Assembly: GCA_951406725.2 (NCBI GenBank)
Contig: OX597817.1
Location: 123,008,001 to 123,072,000, forward strand
DNA: 64,000 nt
Direction: 5' to 3'
Source of the DNA: Octopus vulgaris
Lineage: Eukaryota
Part shown: one piece after another, positions 27,065 to 39,360 of the stretch
How the letters are laid out: each line of letters opens with the position of its first letter
Position numbering within the stretch: position 1 is the stretch's first letter
Translations under genes and position numbers: made by a program
Notes under the pieces: model-generated
What the model was told of the DNA's origin: nothing
The model's input: the letters and a program-made list of their open reading frames with translations, nothing else
The model's database searches: none

Positions 27065-27898
27065 CTTAAAACTTAGAAAACTTAGATATATTTTGACCAA
27101 AGAGTGGTCCGGGCCATGTCTAATTTAATAGCACCCTCTGATAGGATTATCTAAATCCTTTTAAAGTCAAGTTTTGTGGTATCATGGGCCATCTGAGTAG
27201 GGAGCTCTTGTCAAGTTATATCCATGTGTAGGTGGTTTATCTGATATTCCTTGAAGAAATTTGTCCAAATTCCATTTAAAGGTAATGGGATCCTTTTCCT
27301 CTTTGATCTGTTTTGGGACAAAGAGATATTTTCGGATGGACAATATATATATAAAGAGAGAGGGAGAGATTGTTGGAAGTTGGCAAGAGGGGTTTTCAGA
27401 AATTGGTGAGAAAGATTGTCACTATAATTAGGTTGTGGAATAAAAAATTTATCTACTGTCATGGAAAAATCATAACTGTAAAAATGCAGAATTATCAGGG
27501 TAATGGGCATTCAAAAATGTATATATGTATAGAAATGTATGAATGAAGTCTTTAAGGTATAAGATTCAAATTAAGGAAGTGCAATAATAATGATTAGCAG
27601 TTCAAAACTGTGAGTAGTGGAATGCAGAATTAGGTTGGGTGACCGTGAGAATCAAATATTGATTGCTTTGCTAAAATCTGCAGGTGGTATGGGTTATTTC
27701 CCTTGGGTGTTTAAAGATAAATAGTTATATGAGGTAGATATAAACATCCCTTCCAGGGGCCGTATTATCAATTTTTTCAACAATCTAAGTATGTCACGAG
27801 GTTTCCAAAAATGAGTTCTATCAAAATCAATAAAACGTTGTTGGAGGAGTTAGCTAACAACACCACAAACAAACACACACCAATTTTCCACATATGTA

Positions 27899-27941
<43 letters not shown>

Positions 27942-28020
27942 TATACATATATACATATACATATATATATATATACATATATATATATACATATACATAT
28001 ATAAATATATATATACATAC

Positions 28021-28051
<31 letters not shown>

Positions 28052-28090
28052 CATATATATATATATACATATATATACATATATATATAC

Positions 28091-28123
<33 letters not shown>

Positions 28124-28184
28124 CATACATATATATATATATACATACATATATATATATATATACACATATATATATATATAT

Positions 28185-28240
<56 letters not shown>

Positions 28241-29069
28241 GTAAGCTGTTAATATTGAAGAATGTGAATGAGTGCACAACACTGCACTGGCGGCTAAAAA
28301 TTCCTTATTTATGAGTTAAGGTTACCATTGGTCACATGTTAAGAAAGATATCTCTTTACAATTATCAAGTCTGCCATATGGAACATTGGTGTTCATCTCC
28401 ATCTTGCATTAAAACAGATAAACAAATAAATATGTGTGTGTGCATGCGTATGTGTGTGTATGATGGACTCCTGATATTTTCAACCAGCAAAGTATTGGCT
28501 ATGGCAGAAGCTACTTGTTCAAACCTGCATACGTTAGAATTAATCTTGTGAACTCCATAGTTACTAAGATAACTGCTTAACCCCATAGCTATGCCTTTGC
28601 TTATATAAACATTTAACCTAATAAATTGATTAAGTATCATAAGACATTCTATACAATATATAAATGACTTTCTGAATTCACTTCCTTGAGCCTGGTGCAG
28701 CCATCTGGGTCGCCAGCCCTCAGTCAAAATCGTCCAACCCATGCTAGAATGGAAAGCAGATGTTAAACGATGGTGATGATGATGATGATGTAAATTAATA
28801 CTTATATTCTGTGAAGCCCTTTGAGGAATGAATGACTTCTACTATCGTCCTGGGTTGACCAATGACTATTGATTAAATATAGTAAATGTAAACTGTACAG
28901 AAAACTTTTGTATGTATAAATATTTATATTTATATCTCTATCTATCTACCTGTCTGTCTGCCTGCCAGTCTCTCTCTCTCTCTCCCTCTCTCCCTCTCTC
29001 TCTCCCTCTCTCCCTCTCTCTCTCTCTCTCTCTATCTTAATGCAAATAAAAATGTGTGTATATATATGT

Positions 29070-29409
29070 ATCAGAGACCCCCTTCGGTCACGAATGACCA
29101 TGGGATTGCACCTATAAAGTTACTCTCTGAGGCACAAGTCCATGCAAGGTTGCTTATGAAAGACCAGCAGTCACCCATGCATACCAGTATCTCCTCTCCA
29201 TGCCACCGATGTTATCTAAGGGAAAGGCAAAGGCCGATACACCTTGGCACCAATGACATCACAACTCATTTCTACAGGTGAGAGAACTGGAGCAACGTGA
29301 AATAAAGTGTCTTGCTCAAGAACACAACAAGCAGCCTGGTCCGGGAGTCGAACTAACTACCTCATGGTCATAATTTCGACACTCTAACCACTGAGCCATG
29401 TGCTTTCAC
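29070..29409 (-). mobile_element. tRNA-derived SINE
   Basis: Minus strand gtgaaagcacatggctcagtggttagagtgtcg...tagttcgactcccggacc...gttgtgttcttgagcaagacactttatttcacgttgctccagt. Confidence 0.82.
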
Positions 29410-29722
29410 GTGTATTCTTTAAAACACATCTTTATCTTCTTTGTCTTCTTCTTTACATTGGACTATTCACTCTTCGCCAAACCCATTTTATGATATAATT
29501 GTTGTGAAACTTGGATTTTCTACACCTGAAGAATTCCAGCTTTGACTAGGAACCCTATTGTGTTGATAGCCCAGTATTCATGTTGAGTGCTTTCCTTGAA
29601 ATACCCAAACTTTACACTCTACTTGACCTTATATATATATATATATATATATGTAAACATAGTAAAAAGGTAATAAAATAAATTATTATTACCGGTGATC
29701 TGGTAATAAAATCTAATTGTCT

Positions 29723-29761
<39 letters not shown>

Positions 29762-29806
<45 letters not shown>

Positions 29807-29982
29807 GTTTAACGTCTGCTTTCCATGCTACCATGAGTTGGACGATTTGACTGAGTGCTGGCGAATCAGAATGGCTGCACCAGGCTCCATTCTTGATCTA
29901 GCAGAGTTTCTACAGCTGGATGCCCTTCCTAATGCCAACCACTCTGAGAGTGTAGTGGGTGCTTTTACATGCCACCGGCACT
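29762..29982 (-). mobile_element. RTE-type 3' tail element ending in (GAT)n
   Basis: (TCA)n-tcgtttaacgtctgctttccatgctaccatgagttggacg...tttctacagctggatgcccttcctaatgccaaccactc; copies at 28690-28790, 45119-45365, 52100-52745, 55012-55167, 57280-57560. Confidence 0.85.
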
Positions 29983-30889
29983 AATATATATATATATATT
30001 TAAGTATGTGTGTGTTTCTGTGCGTTAGTTTTTGTGACTTATTTAAGAAATGGTGTTGTTTTGTTTACTTTCTTTGCACCTCTTATCAGTTTGGTAAAAC
30101 AAATCTGACTCATACAACAAAACAAGTACCAGACTGAAAATTACACACAGGGGTTCAATTTGATAGACTATACAATTGAAGGGGCACTGCCTCAACATGG
30201 CGGCATGCCAATGTGTGAAACAGATAAACAGAGAAATACAAAAACAATTAATGCAATGAGGTGAACAGTCATGAACAAAATAAATAAATAAATGTATAAA
30301 TAAACAAACAAACAAACAAACAAATAAACCCTTAATAGAAATAGTAACTAGCTAACCACACAGCTATCTAACTAACGAATGAAGAAGGTCTCTCTGACCT
30401 AAATTGCAACAGTTATTGCCAAGACAAGTAATAACAGCAGCAACTACCAATAATTTTAAACTTCAAGAAGAATATTGGATATAAAAAGAATAATGTTAAA
30501 AATAAAAGATAAAAACAAAATTGATAATAAAGACTTCTGTATGTAGAAAGATAAAAGCCAAATGTTAACCCAATGTGATGCATTGATTTCTGATATCGCT
30601 GCAATGTTCTTTTGTCAGATAAAACATTAAACAACCATCGTAGAAGTATTTATTTCTTTTTAATTTGTTAAAAATGCTATTATTACCGAACTTGAAACTA
30701 AATGTCTGAATACATAACATATATATTATAGAACACACTTTCATGCATGTTCACTCCGAAACACACATGCACACGCTTGCGTGCACACACGCACACACAT
30801 AAACACTCTCATACCCACACACGCATGCATATTTGTGTGTATGTTTGTATGTATATATATATATGTGTGTGTATATATGTATATGTTTG

Positions 30890-30926
<37 letters not shown>

Positions 30927-31382
30927 TTCTTATATATGGATATGTACACATACATATGTATAGATACATAACATGTATATATGAATATATATACATATAT
31001 TGTATGTATATATATATTTATATACATATATGTATATATACACACATATATATATATGTATCCTATATATATATATATGTATATATATGCATATATATAT
31101 ATATACATACATATATATATATGCATGTATATATATATATACAGATGTGTATATAGATAGATATATCTATACATATATACTTACACACACATATTTGTGT
31201 GTGTGTATGTAAAGCATTTAGGTATTTATAGACCTCCTTATATGTATATGTATTTGGGAGTATGTATATATAGATAAAAGCAGAAGAATACAATTTATCA
31301 GCTGGAAGAGGAATCAAGGAAAAACATGACAAAAATCCTGATGTAAATATTATACATGCATATATGTAAACATGTATTCTGG

Positions 31383-31465
<83 letters not shown>

Positions 31466-31733
31466 TGCATTCAGACATATGTACATAAATGCATATATAT
31501 ATATACATACATATATATACATATATATATATATATATACAATCGTCGACACGCACTACATACATATATTCTTACACACTCTGACACACATGCATGCATA
31601 TATCTTACATACAAACCATACATGAATGACTACATACATACAAAGAGTATTTGAATTTAATTACAATCCATTCCTAAACTGATATGATATCTCTTCCATG
31701 CTTTTTTTTTTGGTGTTGTGTTTGTGTTTTTGC

Positions 31734-31734
<1 letters not shown>

Positions 31735-31800
<66 letters not shown>

Positions 31801-31806
31801 TTATTT
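31735..31806. repeat. (ATT)n microsatellite
   Basis: About 22 ATT units. Confidence 0.95.
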
Positions 31807-32397
31807 TTTTTTTTTTTTTACATGTATTTCAATTTGTTTGATGAAGTACTCAAGAGAGATAAAAGGCTGTATTTGGAAACAAAATGCTAGACAGAAGGTA
31901 TAATAATAAAATAACCTTTTCAGTATTTCTGCTTTTAATGTCTCCTCGTTTTTGTGTGAGAAAAAAAAAAAAATTCACAATACAGTGGAGCTTATTCTGC
32001 ACAGAAATTCACTTATGATTCAATGTTAGGAGTGTTTGGGTATATATAAATACATACATATATGTATGTATTCCTGTATGTACACACACACACACACACA
32101 ATTACATATATAAAATAGTATATGCATATGTATATTATTTTCTTTTAATGTTTTTGTTGAGGTTGTTGAGAAACAAAAGAGAAAATATATTCAATCCCAA
32201 CAAAATAACCAACTCCAGTTATTTAATTTATCCTCATATATGTTACTAATACATATTGTATCCATCCCAGAGGAAATGAATGCTAGGTTACGCTTGGCAG
32301 AATTACAAACCAGAACCAGAACCTAAAACTATAACCACAAGTCAAACCTGAATTATAAACCAAAGACTTTAGTTGGTTATCATATATATATATATAC

Positions 32398-32490
<93 letters not shown>

Positions 32491-33029
32491 TGAAATGTGC
32501 TACATTTTCTGGGTATATAATAAACCTAACATAATATAACAGATATAAGTTAGTTGTTTGCATTCTGAATTCTACCCTTTTGTAAATAAATAACATTTCT
32601 GTTGTTTGTCTTTGCAGTATTTCCATTTATGTATACCATGAGAAATATTCTTATCAAAAGCATTTTAAACATTACATTTTCTGTGTGTTAGTCCTATTCA
32701 TGCTTTTACTGTTTCCGACCAGTTAGTCAAGGCCATACAAGAGCACTACCGTAGAAATTACAATCAGCATCTGTGAGATGATGTGGATACCTCATTGTAT
32801 TCAGTTAACTGGTTATAAATATGAACCACAATCCTTCAAATCAAAGCCTATCATCATATCAAACAACAAAACTGGATGATGTAATTTTGGACATACAAGC
32901 AAAAGAGATGGTTATAGCTGGAATATCTCTACCATAGTTCTGTTCAGTCAGGGCTGGCCTGGATCTAATCAACAATATTAATTTATATTTTTCAGGTTGT
33001 GTTGTTAAGAAGGTTGCTGTGCAATTTTT

Positions 33030-33456
33030 GATCATCATTTCCAAACCTATTTGATAGGAAACTGTAAAAGATTCTTGGATGACTGCTTCATGTTTTGGAA
33101 TGAAATCAATGAAGGTGGACCTTGCAAGATTCATTATTTACATTATTTACATTCAATGGATATTTGTCCTCATCTTCTTTGTTGTTAACACGTTTCAGCT
33201 GATATACCCTCCAGCCTTCTTCAGGTGTCTTGGGGAAATCTTTTGGAATGAGAACCCAGGTTCGAAATTTCCCCAAGGCACCTGAAGTAGGCTGGAGGGT
33301 ATATCAGCCAAAACGTGTTAACAACAAACAAGATGAGGACAAATATCCGTCAAATGTAAATAATGTACATAATTCCTCAATTCTTAAATATAGAACTGTA
33401 CTTGCAAGATTCCTCAAATTAATAAAGAGCATTCATAAATTTGCTATGGAATGAAT
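33030..33456 (+). pseudogene. PLE reverse-transcriptase fragment (FLDD motif), interrupted by an insertion
   Basis: HFQTYLIGNCKRFLDDCFMFW; inverted homolog of 34060-34215; split by element 33133-33400. Confidence 0.75.
33133..33400 (+). mobile_element. Miniature fold-back PLE derivative (inverted pLTR + pLTR + tail) with 12-bp TSD and hammerhead-like motifs
   Basis: ~100-bp arms (33139-33239 vs 33267-33367); acac-CTGAAG(T/A)A-ggctg..cagc(c/t)-(G/A)AAACGTGTT in both arms; direct repeat cttgcaagattc at 33121-33132 and 33401-33412. Confidence 0.85.
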
Positions 33457-33779
33457 GGTTTGGGATTCAATCCAACTACATGGCACCTTGGGTGTCATCT
33501 ACTATAGCTCAAAACCAACTAGTGCCTTGTGAATGAATTTGCTAGATGAACATTGTGGAATAATTAAAACAATGTTTTTTTAAAAAAGTTATAAATTATT
33601 AAAAAAATTTTATTTGACAGAGCGTCACTAGGCTTTGTGGCAGAAATTTGCATTTAATGTATATTTTGAGTCTATCGTGTATTTTGCATGTAAGTGTTTT
33701 CATTATTTAACTTTTCAAACACGTTAATAGAATGTTTGTATTTGTATTTTTGCATTCCTGCTCAGTGTTTCTCCATAAA

Positions 33780-34990
33780 GCAGAGATCGGTATTTCTTTT
33801 ACACTATGGCTTCTTTGGGTATTTGTTTCTGAAGGAACATATTTAGTTCTATCAATCGTTTCTCTCATCTATTGGTATCTGAATTATTGAGCATATATGT
33901 CTTGCCACATTGAATGGTATGTTCCTTTTGGTATGGAAAGGGTGGAAAAAATCTAAAATCTAAATATTGGTGTATGTCTGTGTCCTTGTCATAGAGATCA
34001 ATTGTAATTATCTCATTTTCTTTAATTATTACAATGTTCAGAAAAGGGAATTCCCTTTCATTCATTTCCATAGCAAACTGGATCGATTTACAAATGTTGT
34101 TTATTAATTTAAGGAATCATAGAAGATCCACCTTCCTTAGTTTCATTCCAAATTATGAAGCAGTCATTCGAGAATCTTTTACAGTTTCCTATCAAATAGG
34201 TTTGGAAATGACAATGAAAAGTAATTCTAGCAGGGTATAGATTTTTTTGGTTCCAAGTTTTCCATTACTAGAGTTACAAATGTCGGTGCAACTTCCATCC
34301 CCATTGCAATGCTTTGTATTTGTAGGTAATATCAGTTGTCAAAGTGTTTGTTGTTTTCTAGTACTAACTGCAGTCCTTCAAGCATAAATTCTTGTGGCAA
34401 TTTCTCTTGAATTCGTTCTGAGTATTTGTCTATCTACTGCTCCTTATCCTAATCCATGGGGGATATTTTTACACAGACCAGTTACATCAAAGCTACCTAT
34501 AATCTTCTATTTATCTAATCTTTCAGGAATAAGGTTTAGGAAGTTTATGTCATCTTTGATGAAACCAGAGCCCAATTTGCACAAAGGTTTCTGCTGGTTC
34601 TGCAACAATTGGACGTAATTTTAGACCAGCTGGTTTGGGAATCTTTACATATGGTGTAAGGAGATCTTGTTAAGCTGTTATTGATTTCTTTAGAGTTATA
34701 GATTTTTTGGACGTCCATAAAAATTACTAGTTTTTACCTCAAAATTAGTGACATAATCCAACACTTTTTAGCAAGTCATTTTTAATTTGTCCATTAATTT
34801 TTTTCAATTTTATTCATTGCTTATTTATCTACATTAGTTTCAAATATTTTGAACAAGAAAATGTGGTCATTTAGTTGTTCTAAATCATTTCCCTGTAATA
34901 GGTTTTGTCCATTATTATAATGGCTTCTCCTCTTTTGACTTCTTTAATGACTATAGATGAATCTTTCTGTAGATATTCCAAAGCTTTTTG
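33780..34990 (-). pseudogene. Degenerate Penelope-like element RT
   Basis: Minus-strand fragments IIKEVKRGEAIIIMDKTYY, NFYGRPKI, GSFDVTGLCKNIPHGLG, YYLQIQSIAMGMEVAPTFVTLVM, FAMEMNEREFPFLNIVIIKENEIITIDLYDKDTDIHQYLDF; typical PLE RT motifs with many stops and frameshifts. Confidence 0.85.
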
Positions 34991-35569
34991 TTCTTAAATC
35001 ATAATGTTTTATTTTGTACGGTCTGTTGAAATGTTTGAGTTTTCAGATCTTTTTGAATATGTTATGTGCTTCTCGAAGTGTTTATTCCTGTGTATCAAGG
35101 GTTTTAATCCTGTTCTGTTTCATGCAAGTGATGAATCTTTGCCAAGTCTGTTTGGAAGAATTCTCATATCTTTTGTCTTTTTCCTATTTTACTTGTCTTC
35201 GACATGAGGCTGTAGCCATACTGGGGGCACTGCCTTGAATTTTTAGTTGAATGAATCGACCCAAGTATTTCTTTTTTGAAAACTATTGCCAAATCTCTGA
35301 GTTACAGGATGCAAGCACATCAACATCTGTTGTCAAGCAATGGTGGAGTAACAATCATAAACACAAGCACATACATAAACACATACAAACACACACTCAC
35401 ACATATGTATACGATGGGCTTCTTTCAGTTTCTACCAAATCCACTCACAAGGTTTTGGCTGGCCTGTGTCTGTAGTAGAAGACACTTGCCCAAGGTGCCA
35501 TGCAGTGGGATTGAACTCAGAACCATGTGGTTGGGAAGTAAGCTTCTTTATTTCATCAGATTTATTGTA

Positions 35570-35685
35570 ATAAGATGAGAAAATAGAGAGGTAATTAATA
35601 AATTATTATTTATTAATTAAAACATTGACAAATTTTAGTTAATAAATAATAATTCATTAATTACCTCTCTATTTTCTCATCTTAT
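35570..35685. repeat. Hairpin/inverted repeat (~53-bp arms, 10-nt loop) adjoining (TA)n
   Basis: ataagatgagaaaatagagaggtaattaat... / ...attaattacctctctattttctcatcttat, 2 mismatches. Confidence 0.88.
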
Positions 35686-36689
35686 ATATATATATATATA
35701 TATATACATATATAAATATTTATATTTATATTTATATTAATATATGTATCTGTTTGTATACATATATATGTACACATATGTATATATATATATTCAATCA
35801 AACATACACATATACTTATATATGTGTGTGTCTCTTTCTATGTGTATACACGCAATGTGCATGAAGGATGCTTTTTAAAACTAGGATAGTTTCATAATTT
35901 TGGTGTGATGCAGATGAGAGATGAAATAGTCTTTAAATAAAATGCTGTTCTATTTGCATGTACTCTGCCCAAATAGTCCTGTTTCTATTTACAATGGCTA
36001 TTTCACAGATGCAGTGTATAATAAAACGATCAACTGAGTAACACAATGAAAGGATTACAATAGAATGAAATTCACAGCCCATAAGCAAATAGTCCAATAA
36101 CTTATCCACTTAGCAATCAGATCTCTTACCTATAAGATGAAGCAAAACCAATTATTGATTGGTTAAAAAGGATGCTAGACTTGAGATTTATTGTAGATTT
36201 GAGAAGCAGTCATGCTTTCCTCTTCAAACTATAGCAACACATGAAAAGGCTATAAGGACTTCAACTGGAAATCAAAACTGAAATCTTAGATTAGAATCAC
36301 CAGAAACTTACTTGTTGTTCTTGAACCACTTTGCATAGCACTAGAATAGTTATATTGATTTAGCATCACATTGTACAGTATCTCTCACTCCCTCTCCCCC
36401 CCCCCTCTCTCTCTCACACACACACACACGAATTTTCAGGTTCAGTCTCTCTGCATAGCACCATAGACTATTGTGTCTTCCACTATAGTCCCACGTTAAA
36501 TAAATCTTTGTTAGTGCATTTGGTGAAAAGAAACTGAAAGGAACCAAGTATATCTGTTTCTATACATACATCATACATACATACATACATACAAACAAAC
36601 ATACATACATACATACATACATACATACATACATACATACATACATACATACATTATGTGCACACAATAGACTGATCATTTTCAGGGTG

Positions 36690-37527
36690 TCAGTTAGGTA
36701 GCACTGGCAATGATCACGCTTGAATGGTGATATTTACGTGCCACTGGCATGGGTGCCAATCAGGCAGTACTGTCATCGACCATGACAATGACTTCACTTG
36801 ATTCAATAGGTCTTCGCAAGCACAGTTTATTGTCAAATGATTGAAGGGTGCTCTTAAATGGGATGTTTATGCTGCACTGACATAGGCCATAGTTACTGTC
36901 TCACTTGGCTCGCCAGGTCTTTTCAAGTACAGCATATCTCCAAAGGTCTCAGTCACTTGCCATCACCTCCATGAGTCCCAATGTTCAAAGGTCATGCTTC
37001 ACCACTTCATCCCAGGTCTTCCTGGGTTTACCTCTTCCAGAGGTTTCCTCTACAGCTAGTGTGTGACACTTTTTCACACAGCTATTCTCATCCATACATG
37101 ACACATAACCATACCAGCACAGTTGTCTTTCTTGCACACCAAATCTGATGCTTCTTATGGCTAACCTTTCTCTCAGAGCACACACTGACATTACACATCC
37201 AATGGAGCACACTGGCTTCATTCCTTGCAAGCTTACGCATGTCCTCAGCAGTCATGGCTCATGTTTCACTGCCATGTAGCATGGCTGTTCACATACATGT
37301 GTCATACAGTCTACCTTTTACTCTGAGTGAGAGGCCCTTTGTCCCCAGCAGAGGTAGGAGCTCTCTGACTTTGCTCAGCTATTCTTATTCTAGCAGCTAC
37401 ACTCTCAGAGCATCAACTCCTGCAACTGATTTGATCATCTAGGTAACAGAAGCTATCAATTACTTCTAGTTTTTCCACTTGGCACATGACAGAAGTTGTT
37501 TTCTGCACATTTTCAGTGTTTATTTTG
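36690..37527 (-). mobile_element. RTE-clade LINE, 3' part (ORF C-terminus and 3' UTR)
   Basis: INTENVQKTTSVMCQVEKLEVIDSFCYLDDQISC; VCALRERLAIRSIRFGVQERQLCWYGYVSCMDENSCVKKC...GRGKPRKTWDEVVKHDL. Confidence 0.88.
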
Positions 37528-38753
37528 AAATATATAAACTGCAGAAGATACAGATGGTGATGATGCTGAGAGAATCGAAGAACATGGAAATCAGGCATAA
37601 CCCACCAGAGGTGAAAACAGCCAGGAATTGGAAAGCAAAAGCAGAGACTGATATAATGGGTGCAATGCAAAACCATCAGAAAGGACTTGGTTTTGGTGCA
37701 GATCAGTTCAGACTATTTGCGAGTATGATACAGAGTGAACACTGATCTGTTGTTAGCAACAGTATCAAAATGAGAGAAGAGAGCTTCATTTGATCCAATT
37801 TATTCAACAAGGACAGATGATGAGACGGGAAGAACATGTTGTTGAGAGGAAAATAAATTGGGGTGAGATATGGAAGTGGAAGTTTTCTGATTCAGTCATC
37901 CTATGATGTTTTTCCATCATCTACAAATCTAGTAAGATGGAATGTTTCAGTGAATGGCATATGCAAATGCGGAAAGGTCAGAACACAGAAGCCTATTCTT
38001 ACCAACTGTTCATTAGCATTGAACAGGTATACATGGAAACACAACTTGGTCCTTAAGGTTATCTTCAATGCTCTGAAGAACCAAATTCATCTCAACAACA
38101 CTGAGAAAAAACCGTTGAAAGTACCAATTAGAGATTTCATTACCTTCGTGTGCTCAGGTAAGCAGATCCGTTTCAAGAAGAACAAGTGACTGCAAATTAA
38201 CCTGGGTGCCAAAGATTCTTTCCCATCCCAGTTACAAAAAAACCCAGACATTCTGATGTGGTGTGAAAGAAGGAAAGTTGTAAATCTAGTCAAGTTAATG
38301 GTTCCTCATGAAGATAATATGTACACCTCTTGGGCTTGAAAGATTGATCGTTATGTAAACCTCCTCGAGGAATGTCAAGAAGCAGGCTGGAAAGCAGAGC
38401 ATTTTCCAATCGAAGTTGGATGTAGAGGGTTTGTTGGACACAGTGTGAGATGACTGTTGTTATCGTTAGGTATAACTCATTGTAAAGTCAATATTACCAT
38501 GACTGATATTCAAACTACAATGGAGAAGGCTTGCCACTGGATTTCATTGAAAAGAGTCAATGAGCAATGGCTAGAGAAATAGTGAGCTTTATTTAATAAC
38601 CAGTTGATCTAGTAAACAGGGGCTCATATCAGTAAGGGGGTGGGGCCAGTGTACATTGATACCATTGAGAGGCAGGCCCCGAAATGGCGCACATTCCCTC
38701 CTGATGAACCCATACACTTGCTGTGGCTTCCAGTATGCGGAGTTCTCAACTGG
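37528..38753 (+). mobile_element. HERO-like (restriction-like endonuclease, RLE) non-LTR retrotransposon, 5'-truncated and degenerate
   Basis: LRESK..IRHNPPEVKTARNWKA, GLGFG, FLIQSSYDVFPSSTNLVRW....CKCG....ILTNCSLALNRYTWKHNLVL, NPDILMWCERRKVVNLVKLMVPHED, RYVNLLEECQEAGWKAEHFPIEVGCRGFVG: Zn knuckle plus PD-(D/E)xK-type layout characteristic of the HERO clade. Confidence 0.85.
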
Positions 38754-39106
38754 TAGCACTTGCATGTACAAGTTGTTTGCAAGACATTTCCCGTTAGCTT
38801 TCCTCTGATATTGCTGCACCTCTTATGTGCCCATGGCTTACACTGGGTACATCTTATGGAGTTTCTACCTATGCCTTTTCTACAGATTGAGCAGGGCCAT
38901 CAACCTGAAGGGATTTGTGCTATGTCTGCCTTCCTACCTATTAAGAATTCGGTTTTTGCTAGATTGACTCTAAGGCCCTGAGATTACTTTCACACCTAAA
39001 ACTCCTCCTCTAGTTCTGATAGTGACTCAGCTAGTAGAGCAAGGTTATCAGTATAGAGTAGCTCCCAAGGGTATCCTATCTCGAATTCCTCTGTTATTGC
39101 CTGGAG
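38754..39106 (-). mobile_element. RTE LINE, upstream part (RT catalytic region plus Cys/His-rich insert); continuation of 36690-37527
   Basis: [36 protein letters not shown]...GLRVNLAKTEFL...WPCSICRKGIGRNSIRCTQCKPWAHKRCSNIRGKLTG. Confidence 0.85.
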
Positions 39107-39360
39107 AGCACACACACACAAACATACTCACACATATATATATATTCATATATACATTCATATATATATATATATATATATATACCATATATATATAAAT
39201 ATATATACATACATATATATTCATATATATATATATATATTCATATATATATATATGCATATATATACTTATAGACATTATGCATATATATACATACAAT
39301 ATATATATATATATATATACATATATATACATACATATGTATTCATATATATATATACAT

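Noticed and set aside
38670-38715. ccccGAAA...CTGATGA in the HERO-like 3' UTR as a type-II hammerhead
   Set aside because: The sequence after CTGATGA (accc) cannot pair with the ccc before GAAA, and stems I and III are not supported.
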